From a virus (taxonomy: Duplodnaviria > Caudoviricetes): DNA of 64,000 nt. Shown piece by piece: positions 1 to 7,605 of the stretch. The notes under the pieces are model-generated. The model ran no database searches, was not told the origin of the DNA, and saw only the letters and a program-made list of their open reading frames with translations. The stretch spans positions 4,377-68,376 of IMG/VR virus record IMGVR_UViG_3300014866_000001. The stretch is one strand, 5' to 3'. The position numbers and the translations under genes were made by a program. Each line of letters opens with the position of its first letter. Within the stretch, counting starts at the first letter, position 1.

Positions 1-179
1 AGCAATCGATAAGCGACCAAACGTGAATACGAATCTGGCCTCGCTCTGCCCGTACAATCTCACCTAAATACTCAGACGTGCCGAGCACCCGGGCACTGTT
101 CCCCTAGGCGCACCACGCCAGTGAACCCCTAGACTCCGTATCTAGGATCTTGCATCCCATTCTACCGAAAGGATGCAAG

Positions 180-773
180 ATGAACGAGTTCTCCGCTATC
201 CGCGCCAAGGCCAAGGAACGCCACGACCGCCTGGTTGTTGAAGCACGCGAGCAGTACGAGCGCACTTTATCCCAGATCGCCAACCTTGAGAACGACTTGA
301 CGGGACGCACGCGACTACGGAAGTCGATAGTCGCCAGCATCGAAGCCGTGATCCCCGACGACCAAGAATTCTCCGTGGACGATTTGATGCTCTCGCTCCA
401 GCAGATGGACGACACCAGGGTCTGGAGCAAGCCCAAGGTGTGGAACCACATTGCCAAGCTACGACGCAAAGGACAGATTAAGCGCACTCGGCGGCATAGC
501 TACAACGAACCGGCCTTGTACGTGCGGACTGGCGTTGAAGCTCCAGAGCGACCATTCGCGACCACGCCACTAAACGACGTTGTCGCTCTGGTGCTGGCCG
601 ACAAGCAGATGACGGAGCTGGAATTGACTGTAGCGGTCTTGGAAGCCGGTTACGAGTCCAAGCGGTCAAGGCGCAAGCTGATGGAAGCCATTGGCCAGAT
701 TCTGCGGAAGGACGAGCGGTTCAAGATGGACGGGGGAAAGTGGGCGCTGATAACTAACTCACGGCCTCTCTGA
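180..773 (+). CDS. Hypothetical protein, N-terminal coiled coil plus probable winged-HTH segments
   Basis: ORF 150..773; ATG at 180 follows an AAAGGA SD-like sequence; basic helical segments. Confidence 0.6.
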   Translation: MNEFSAIRAKAKERHDRLVVEAREQYERTLSQIANLENDLTGRTRLRKSIVASIEAVIPDDQEFSVDDLMLSLQQMDDTRVWSKPKVWNHIAKLRRKGQIKRTRRHSYNEPALYVRTGVEAPERPFATTPLNDVVALVLADKQMTELELTVAVLEAGYESKRSRRKLMEAIGQILRKDERFKMDGGKWALITNSRPL

Positions 774-1296
774 GCAGCTCCAGTCCTCGCGAACGTCTTT
801 CGTCATTCTCACATTTTCTCCATACCACTGGATCGGCGAGTCTTTCCGATCCACAAAGTCTGTGTAGGCGCGAGTCCATTTCAGCAAGTTCCTCAACCAT
901 TCTTTTTGTTGGGTCGTCATCTCCCACGCCATGCTTCAGCCATTCGACCGATTCACGCAAGTCTGAATATTGCCTAAACAAATCTGAGTGTTCCTTCTCT
1001 TGCGATGCAAACGGCAACACATTCAATATCAGCGCTATGATCGCTGCCGCAAATGCAATGAAGACTCCAACCACGTCAATGGTTTCATCCAAAAAATGTC
1101 CGCTTTCAGGTGTCGCCCGATACAACCATGCTGCAAGTGCCGTCGCAAACCCAAGAAATGCAAATACTGCGGTCACAACTTTGGCGATTGCATCTAAGTT
1201 CCCTGATCTATGGGCTTGATGCTGGTGATACCGCTGATTCATTCCGGCAACGGTACTTATGTCGTATTGTTTGTTTAGGAATTCCTCTAGCTTCAT
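754..1296 (-). CDS. Two-TM SLATT-like membrane protein
   Basis: N-terminal helix (MNQRYH), two hydrophobic helices, polar C-terminal helical tail; matches SLATT architecture. Confidence 0.5.
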   Translation of the reverse strand: MKLEEFLNKQYDISTVAGMNQRYHQHQAHRSGNLDAIAKVVTAVFAFLGFATALAAWLYRATPESGHFLDETIDVVGVFIAFAAAIIALILNVLPFASQEKEHSDLFRQYSDLRESVEWLKHGVGDDDPTKRMVEELAEMDSRLHRLCGSERLADPVVWRKCENDERRSRGLELLREAVS

Positions 1297-1496
1297 TCTT
1301 TCGGCGTTTCCGATGGTGATGGAGGTACTGGACCGGCAGTCGTTGGCCGTTGGATCGGTTCAGTTGGATAATGCGTTGGGCGATTTGTTATTGGCTGTGG
1401 CGCATGCCCTTCGATTACTCGCCCTAGTTGTCCGTGATGTTCCTTGGAATACCGTTCCGGCCGATCCTGGCGTCTGTCGTTATCCTGATTCGACAT
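1293..1496 (-). CDS. Small Pro-rich disordered protein
   Basis: MSNQDNDRRQ... start after a GGAGA SD; stop overlaps the start of the SLATT-like gene. Confidence 0.4.
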   Translation of the reverse strand: MSNQDNDRRQDRPERYSKEHHGQLGRVIEGHAPQPITNRPTHYPTEPIQRPTTAGPVPPSPSETPKE

Positions 1497-1643
1497 GGAA
1501 TCCATCTCCCGTTGACGTGTGTAGACCGGGAGACGTACCATGTGTTTACGTAGATCACACGGCTCCCAGCCGAATAAGTAAAAGCCACGAGTTTGCCGCT
1601 CGTGGCTTTTGCATTTTATAGCCATTCCTTTTTGTTGCGTAGC

Positions 1644-2588
1644 CTATTTTGCTGATTGCAACAATTCCTTGATCGACCAGACGTGTTCTGTCAATCCGCT
1701 GGCCATCGCTGGCGTCTGGTTGCGAACAGCTTCGTTGCGTCGGCAGAAGTTGTACCACGCGACAAACAGTGCCGTCATCGCTGCGTGGTGACGGCTCGAC
1801 TTGCTGTGTGCATTCGTCAACCGAGTGTATCGGCGAATGTGCATCCGAACGGACAGGTTGAGCCGTTCCGAATAGCTCGTCGAAACTTCGTCCATGTTCG
1901 GGCTACCGAAGCGCGTCACGATCTCGATGCCGGTTATCGTCGCTGGGCTGTACCGCGTTTCCTCTTGGCTGCTTTTGTACGACTTGATTAGCTGAGCGTA
2001 ATCGCAACGCGAGCCGAGCGCGAACGGGACACCGTTTGTGTAGATTCCAAGCCCGTCCGTCGTCACTTGAATGCGACCACTGGTTGCGTTGTTCAATCGG
2101 TTCAGAAAACGTTCGCCAGTGTACTCATCACGTTGGCCAACGGCATGGGAAAGGATTAGCTTGGTGTCTGCGTCGATTCCCAACCACGTCCAGATATCTC
2201 CGCAGTCATCGTCGCGGCCAAGTCGTTCTTTGGTCTTTTGCTTGCATCCCGAAAAATCCCAGATTTCATCAAGCTGCGCGGCGCGAGTCTTCACGTTAAC
2301 GATTGCCGATTCCAGGAACTTATCGCAGTTCTCGCCAACGTGAACAATCAAATCGCAGATCGTTCCTGCCTTCATGCCGGTGATCCGCGAACAAGCGCGG
2401 ATGCTCATTCCCTCCAGCAGCATGTTGAGAACAACGCAAGCCTTATCCATGTCGACCCGCATTGCACCCAAGGGGCGCTCTTCGTTGCAGGTGAACATTG
2501 CGCCACAATCGCGACACTTCCAACGTTGCTGGCCGTTACGGATTCCACGCTTTGCTCGGTTCGTGTGTTGACATGCGATAGCGATCAT
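1644..2588 (-). mobile_element. IS1-family DDE transposase
   Basis: N-terminal Zn ribbon (C..H...CRDC), HTH, then QLDEIW / TTDG / ERLNLSVR catalytic motifs; terminal inverted repeats not found. Confidence 0.88.
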
Positions 2589-2653
2589 CTAGCGATTCCC
2601 GTTTTCTGGGGCGGTCGCTAGAATGCTCTTGTCTAGGGAGGCTTCTGGCTAAC

Positions 2654-2707
2654 CGCCGGTTGTCTTTCGACCCGACAGCGGATTGACGTCTGCTGGCGGG
2701 TTTTTTT
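2654..2707 (+). terminator. Long hairpin followed by a T tract (terminator-like), antisense to the transposase leader
   Basis: CCGCCGG...CTGGCGGG then TTTTTTT. Confidence 0.4.
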
Positions 2708-2738
2708 ATCGACTCAACTCTCAAAGAACTGCGACTAT

Positions 2739-2802
2739 TGTACGGACATAAGTACCGCAGTCAATAGGCCTGGGCTTGAATTCCGAGAATTTTGTCCGTA
2801 CA
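2739..2802. promoter_or_regulatory. 10-bp inverted repeat (candidate RHH operator) in the divergent intergenic region
   Basis: TGTACGGACA (2739-2748) and TGTCCGTACA (2793-2802). Confidence 0.5.
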
Positions 2803-2997
2803 CTTGTCGGCATGGAAACCAAGATGGGTAGGCCACCCAAGGACAAAACAGGCCCAAAACGTGAGCGTATGGAAATACGGGTTGAGGAATCGGAGAAGGC
2901 AGCTATGGAGAAAGCGGCCTCCGCCACTGGACTGTCGTTGTCTGATTGGGTTCGGGCAACCCTCTTGAAGGCATCCAAGCGTAGTGTAAAAGGGTAA
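2776..2997 (+). CDS. Ribbon-helix-helix protein (DUF1778/CopG-like)
   Basis: MGRPPKD...RMEIRV..EKAAMEKAA...LSLSDWVRATLL; true start probably 2812 or 2824. Confidence 0.75.
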   Translation: MNSENFVRTLVGMETKMGRPPKDKTGPKRERMEIRVEESEKAAMEKAASATGLSLSDWVRATLLKASKRSVKG

Positions 2998-2998
2998 G

Positions 2999-3064
2999 TG
3001 GAGCCGCCGGTATCGAAACCGGACGCTAGGCGTATAAGGTCCCTGCGTTCTTCCTGACGGCCCC
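2999..3064 (-). ncRNA. Compact tRNA-like RNA resembling the tmRNA tRNA-like domain (putative)
   Basis: GGGGCCG/CGGCTCC acceptor stem with G3-U70 and discriminator A, T-arm CCGG-TTTCGATA-CCGG, central stem ACGCAGG/CCTAGCGT, no D stem, no encoded CCA. Confidence 0.45.
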
Positions 3065-3270
3065 AAAAAGCCACCTCCCCCAGCGGGCTGCGCTCACTAC
3101 AGCCACGGCCCGCTGGGGTGTGCTTCTTCGCCACGCTAAGCGGTGGAAACCTTAGCGCCGCTACCCAGTATTGACATTTGTGCGACCTCCACATCAGGTC
3201 TGTTGCTAAATCTAAGTAGGGGGTAAGATGTGAACAGTGAAATCGTAGCAACCATCTAAACAGCAACAAG

Positions 3271-3348
3271 ATAGCGCTATAAGGCGCTGCATCTCGGCGA
3301 GATCTCCGAATGTAGCGCGGCATATAGCGCGTGGATGTAGCGCTACAT
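3271..3348. promoter_or_regulatory. Cluster of TAGCGC motifs and palindromes (candidate operators)
   Basis: ATAGCGCTAT 3271-3280, two TAGCGCG half-sites, ATGTAGCGCTACAT 3335-3348. Confidence 0.45.
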
Positions 3349-4018
3349 GACCGATCCTGATGAACCAAAGTACTCCGCTCTGGACCTGTGGCATTTCGGG
3401 CATGAACTGCTGCTGCTGGTAAACGAGATTTCCAGCGCACTGGCTCAATCGCAAGTTGAAGAAGAGAAACGCAAAGCCCGCGAAGGAATGCTTCGATTAG
3501 AACTGAAGCTGTCTCGCGAGTTTGATAACGACGCAGTTAGCCACCTCATGGCCGAAAAATTCGTCGCTGAAGTAATTAACGCAATTGAAAGCATTCGAAC
3601 GACATTGCATCGAACCGTCATCGCTTGGGATGCTCAATCCAAAGTCAAGATAGCGCCATACTTCTTGGAGTCGTGGCCATACTTAACGAGAACTCTACAG
3701 AGCAACTTGGATACGCTCGCAATGCTCCAACCGGACGTTCATCGCACTGTTTACCGCAAGAGTTTGGCGAGACTCCGCGCAGAGCACCGTCTTGCGGACA
3801 ATGCGCAGGAGCCAACAATTAAAAAGACTCCAACCGCACGACAAAAAAAGGCTCTGGACTTCGTCAGGGAAAAAGGGCGGGTGAAGGGATACTTCCTCGC
3901 AAAACATTTAGGAGTCAAAGAATCGACGTTTCGGAAGCATTGGGAACCTGGACTGCGACCATTCGGGTTACGAAACGACAGAACTGGTGATGGATACTAC
4001 ATTGGCGATGAGTCCTAA
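3347..4018 (+). CDS. Hypothetical protein with C-terminal winged HTH
   Basis: TARQKKALDFVREKGRVKGYFLAKHLGVKESTFRKH. Confidence 0.65.
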   Translation: MTDPDEPKYSALDLWHFGHELLLLVNEISSALAQSQVEEEKRKAREGMLRLELKLSREFDNDAVSHLMAEKFVAEVINAIESIRTTLHRTVIAWDAQSKVKIAPYFLESWPYLTRTLQSNLDTLAMLQPDVHRTVYRKSLARLRAEHRLADNAQEPTIKKTPTARQKKALDFVREKGRVKGYFLAKHLGVKESTFRKHWEPGLRPFGLRNDRTGDGYYIGDES

Positions 4019-4575
4019 TAATCATCCCAAGTAGAGCGACCTAGGCGCACCAAACGCGCGATACGTCGATAGCAGGATAGGCAATAGCCACGAACTCTTG
4101 CTGGCTTGTTGCAGCCGCGAGTTTTGCAGCAAGCGTAGTTTTGCGGCGGGCTGGTAACCTCGCTCGGATATTTCTGTTTTGTCGAACTAGAAACCGGCTG
4201 TGACTTGGTGTGTTTGCCGGTGGCCAGTGCGCATAAACCAGCGCTGTCCACCAGAAATCGCGGACCCACGAAAATGCGGCGAATTGGTGCATGGTGCGCC
4301 TGACGGAACAGTGCCAGCACCCGGAACAAGTATGCCACACCGCCGTCATTGACTCGCACACACATATGCCGACCACGAGTCTTCACCAACCTACCCGACA
4401 GAGCCACATCCAATACTCGTTGCCCCGTGGTACAGGACTTCCTGTTTCCAGGCTGGCCGTTTCTGGCTGGCAGATTTGACAACCCTATTTTCATGCAGTG
4501 CGTACCCACTGAGTGGTACGACGGCACCGAAACCGAGTATCTGACGACGTGACAATACGGATTTTTGGTCTTCAC
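4015..4575 (-). CDS. Possible small Zn-finger protein; only the C-terminal part is convincing and the start is uncertain
   Basis: C-terminal CKTRGCNKPARVRGYCLSCYRR. Confidence 0.35.
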   Translation of the reverse strand: MKTKNPYCHVVRYSVSVPSYHSVGTHCMKIGLSNLPARNGQPGNRKSCTTGQRVLDVALSGRLVKTRGRHMCVRVNDGGVAYLFRVLALFRQAHHAPIRRIFVGPRFLVDSAGLCALATGKHTKSQPVSSSTKQKYPSEVTSPPQNYACCKTRGCNKPARVRGYCLSCYRRIARLVRLGRSTWDDY

Positions 4576-4688
4576 TCTTCATTGTCCAATCCTCCTAATA
4601 ATTCCGATCGACTCCCCGAGTGATCGGCAAAGTGAAACGACGCGGCCAGGGAATACGAGACAAATGACCGCGATAATTACAACAACCT

Positions 4689-5111
4689 CTAATCCTCCGA
4701 TTGGCATAACTCACACTCCAATCTTTCCATTTCTTCCCACGACATTGTCGGAAGAACGGCGAAGTCATTAGTGATGCATTGGCCGCTGGCGGCACGCATT
4801 GTGTACTCACCCACTCCACCGACACGAGACTCTCCGTCAAGCGGATAGTCTCCGGCCAGCGGCAACGCTCCGGCTGACATTGGCCAGAGCAACTCGATTA
4901 ACTTTTCAATTTGCTCGATCGGTGGACGGCATCGACCACTCGACCATCGTCGCACTGTTTTCTCGTCCACTCCAAGTAATCGACCAATCTGCCGAGCCGC
5001 AGCAGCGCGTCGCACAAACACCGCGATATCTGGACACTCGTTGCGATGCCGACCTTTCGGCCAGTGACCACGTCGGTCTGCTCGCTGTGATGTATGTCTC
5101 ACGTTACGCAC
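4689..5111 (-). CDS. XRE/Cro-like HTH protein
   Basis: ARQIGRLLGVDEKTVRRWSSGRCRP. Confidence 0.6.
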   Translation of the reverse strand: MRNVRHTSQRADRRGHWPKGRHRNECPDIAVFVRRAAAARQIGRLLGVDEKTVRRWSSGRCRPPIEQIEKLIELLWPMSAGALPLAGDYPLDGESRVGGVGEYTMRAASGQCITNDFAVLPTMSWEEMERLECELCQSED

Positions 5112-5140
5112 CCTTGTTTTGCACCTTAATCAGTTCGTCA

Positions 5141-5464
5141 TCACAGATTTTTCCACTTCACGACAACCGCTTCAATTTGCTTCAAGCCACGTCCAATCGA
5201 TTCTTCCGAGTCATCCCACTCGAAAGACCAGTCCGGCCCTCCGAACGATTGTTTATGGTTGCTCACGCGAGCTTGGGCGACTTTTTCTCCTTGGCAACCA
5301 TCTTCACCAACCGACCAAATATCGATGTAGCGACTGCTGCTTCCAGGCCGGTCGTCAACTTCGCAAGTCATGCCGTGACGATCAGCAATTGATTGCATTG
5401 CCTCCAGAATTCGAGAGAGAAATGCCTCAAAGCGTTCAATGGCCAAATCCACTTCCGATCTCAC
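5141..5464 (-). CDS. Phage hypothetical protein
   Basis: 107-aa ORF in a co-oriented run of small genes. Confidence 0.55.
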   Translation of the reverse strand: MRSEVDLAIERFEAFLSRILEAMQSIADRHGMTCEVDDRPGSSSRYIDIWSVGEDGCQGEKVAQARVSNHKQSFGGPDWSFEWDDSEESIGRGLKQIEAVVVKWKNL

Positions 5465-5491
5465 GTTACGCTCCCTTGTTTCTGACTGCGA

Positions 5492-5767
5492 TCAGTTGCG
5501 GCAACTCGCCCTCAGGCCGCACTTACTCCCAACCAACTCGGCCAATTCGTTGCGGATGGCGACGGTGATTTGTCGATCAGTTCCGCAGTTTTCTGGAGTC
5601 ATCCACGCCACGCACCATTGACGAGATCCTTTTGCAAGCCGCACGTAGTAGCCAGCGCTGCCATTTCTCTGCACATGCGCCCCGTACATCAGACCCTTCA
5701 CTGTGCGGCCTTCAGGAATATTTGTTGTCAGTCGGACAGTATTTTCTGCAATTTGCGTGGTATCCAT
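5492..5767 (-). CDS. Phage hypothetical protein
   Basis: 91-aa ORF, same run. Confidence 0.55.
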   Translation of the reverse strand: MDTTQIAENTVRLTTNIPEGRTVKGLMYGAHVQRNGSAGYYVRLAKGSRQWCVAWMTPENCGTDRQITVAIRNELAELVGSKCGLRASCRN

Positions 5768-5789
5768 GTATTGATCCCTATATTAATCC

Positions 5790-6122
5790 CTATATTAATC
5801 TCGCGCCATTGACCTCAATCCGCATTCCTTGAGCAACTCCAGTCGGTCGGCAGTCGACATCAGCCGTAGCACCGGATTCCACGATCAGTCGATATTCCTG
5901 CTTGGTGATTTCTTCCGTCTTGCGTTTCCCGATGCGATTCATGATTTGGCAGGTCAGCACGATTTCTGCGCCGTCCTCTGACTCTCCCGAATGATTTGCG
6001 GATACCCACTCGTTGCCAGTCCTAGACTGGATAATGGCTGCCCCATTCACGCTGGCGGAAAATCGGCCCCATCCCTTACTGTTGCTGGGCTTGTCGATCA
6101 GTTTGAATTCGATGGTCGTCAT
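5790..6122 (-). CDS. Phage hypothetical protein
   Basis: 110-aa ORF with GAAGGA SD. Confidence 0.6.
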   Translation of the reverse strand: MTTIEFKLIDKPSNSKGWGRFSASVNGAAIIQSRTGNEWVSANHSGESEDGAEIVLTCQIMNRIGKRKTEEITKQEYRLIVESGATADVDCRPTGVAQGMRIEVNGARLI

Positions 6123-6210
6123 TTTTCATTTCCTTCAATGTGGCCGCGCTGGCGGCTGTTTAAGCGGCCCCAGTCGGCCGAGGGCACCGACCGGGGCAAA
6201 GGGGATCGGG

Positions 6211-6447
6211 TTAGGCGTACGCGCGCATTGCTGTTTGCGGCTCGCGAGAGTGTCGCTCGATTTCCGATTCCGCGACCAAGCAGTTTCCGTCGTCGTGAAG
6301 TTGCTCACCACTCTCGGCCCAGAATGTCGGGCCGTAGGCGTTTTGATTTCGACCAGCGATGCGCATGGCCCCTCGATAGCTCGTTGCCTTGCCTTCGCAC
6401 CGCATCGTCCCGCGCCAGTACTTCACAATGATTTTCGTAGTCGCCAT
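6211..6447 (-). CDS. Phage hypothetical protein
   Basis: 78-aa ORF with GGGAGA SD. Confidence 0.55.
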   Translation of the reverse strand: MATTKIIVKYWRGTMRCEGKATSYRGAMRIAGRNQNAYGPTFWAESGEQLHDDGNCLVAESEIERHSREPQTAMRAYA

Positions 6448-6545
6448 TGCATTCTCCCTATTCGCTCCCTCTGCATTTCCCCGGCTTGGGACGGGCGCGA
6501 CTGGATGGTCGCGGCTGCATTGAGCGCCCCGGACGGGGGCGGGAA

Positions 6546-6800
6546 TTATGGATGATCAACAATCGACACAGTGAAATTGCCTCGATTACGGACTCCAGCA
6601 AGCATTCTTACTCCGCGCAGTACATCAGATTCGTCGGCATCGGCTGTAGTCGGCTTCGTCCATACCTTTGCCTCGTCATCCCAGACCCAGCCGCCGCTTT
6701 TAAGCGAGTGCCGGATCATATATGTGTCGCCAGTGATAATTGCCATACGTGCCATGTTTGCTTCCTTGTTTCCATCCCGGCTTGTTTTCGGGGTGCACAT
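6546..6800 (-). CDS. Phage hypothetical protein
   Basis: ITGDTYMIRHSLKSGGWVWDDEAKVW, a common phage small-protein motif. Confidence 0.55.
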   Translation of the reverse strand: MCTPKTSRDGNKEANMARMAIITGDTYMIRHSLKSGGWVWDDEAKVWTKPTTADADESDVLRGVRMLAGVRNRGNFTVSIVDHP

Positions 6801-6936
6801 TTGATTCGTCTTTCTCTTTTCGCTCCTCGTCTCGACACCCGCATTTTACACTATCTATTCGTGGCCACAATAAGGATATCGTCGTTTTCGACGAGATTTC
6901 TTGAGCGTCCGCCGTAAGTCCAATAGAGGTATACGA

Positions 6937-7257
6937 TTAGGACTGCTGGATATTTTCAGAATTCGCGCGAGAAAGTGCCTTTTTCGCTTTCGCCGCCGCT
7001 CTGACTCCGGACTTTTGCACGCGGGCCTGGACGCTGGCGGTAGCGCCAGCCAGCCCCCTCTCTAGCCGGACGCCAGTCAGTTCGGACGCACGCAGCGGAG
7101 ATTTTTTCAGCCGAGCAAGCACCGCGCGTATCACCTCGGACGACGCGATATCCTCGCCGGTGAGTTCCGCCAGCCGCGCTCGCTCGGAGGCAATCAGGGA
7201 TAGCTCGTCCGCGCGAAAGCGGACTCGTAGGATTTTATTAGTCATTATCAATTCCAT
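6937..7257 (-). CDS. RHH-like DNA-binding protein
   Basis: ILRVRFRADEL...SSEVIRAVL; first gene after direct-repeat copy A. Confidence 0.5.
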   Translation of the reverse strand: MELIMTNKILRVRFRADELSLIASERARLAELTGEDIASSEVIRAVLARLKKSPLRASELTGVRLERGLAGATASVQARVQKSGVRAAAKAKKALSRANSENIQQS

Positions 7258-7268
7258 GTCCGAATAGA

Positions 7269-7328
7269 GTCACCTATATATACCCACGATTTGGAATAGG
7301 CAAGGCCAGCCGGAGAAAAAGTTGCACC
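7269..7328. repeat. 60-bp direct repeat, copy A
   Basis: 55/60 identical to 9943-10002. Confidence 0.9.
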
Positions 7329-7480
7329 GCGACACGACACTGTCTGCTCCAATCATCATTACCGGATCGAGAACGTACAACACCTCTGGTGGCAGCACAA
7401 ACACTCTTGCTTCTCAGTTGTGACTGTTTCGGTCCTACTCCTACTCAATGTCTCGCGCCGTGGACCGTTACCGACAGATC

Positions 7481-7588
7481 GTCGCAGCGTTCAAAGCCCT
7501 GCGCGGCTTGTGTTTCTCTTCACCCGGAAGCAATGGAGCACATCCTGGCAATGTCGCAGCGTTCAAAGCCCTGCGCGGCTTGTGTTTC
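7481..7588 (-). CRISPR. Mini CRISPR array: two identical 36-nt repeats and one 36-nt spacer; possible degenerate third repeat at 7389-7430
   Basis: GTCGCAGCGTTCAAAGCCCTGCGCGGCTTGTGTTTC at 7481-7516 and 7553-7588; internal CGCAG/CTGCG stem; 17 nt from the stop of a Cas12-like gene. Confidence 0.8.
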
Positions 7589-7605
7589 ACAGTCATTGTA
7601 ACTCA

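Noticed and set aside
2640-2710. HEARO/omega-RNA or c-di-GMP-I riboswitch on the minus strand
   Set aside because: Only short look-alike words (GTCAA...TTAGCCAG; GAAA loop; AAGCCTCC); the other conserved elements and a linked IscB are absent
2999-3064. Canonical tRNA gene
   Set aside because: No D stem, 11-nt loop in place of a 7-nt anticodon loop, irregular T loop and no CCA; kept only as a tRNA-like candidate
1-4100. Prophage left boundary, integrase or att core
   Set aside because: No tyrosine or serine recombinase motifs in the window, and no partner repeat to define attL/attR
4391-4582. Tat-like small ORF (SRRQIL)
   Set aside because: Weak hydrophobic core, and it overlaps competing ORFs; coding status unresolved
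5774-5800. ATCCCTATATTA tandem duplication
   Set aside because: Only two short units in a 22-bp gene gap; no support for a function
6843-6870. Minus-strand sigma-70 promoter TTGTGG-16-TAAAAT
   Set aside because: Weak -35 and short spacer; cannot be distinguished from chance without TSS data
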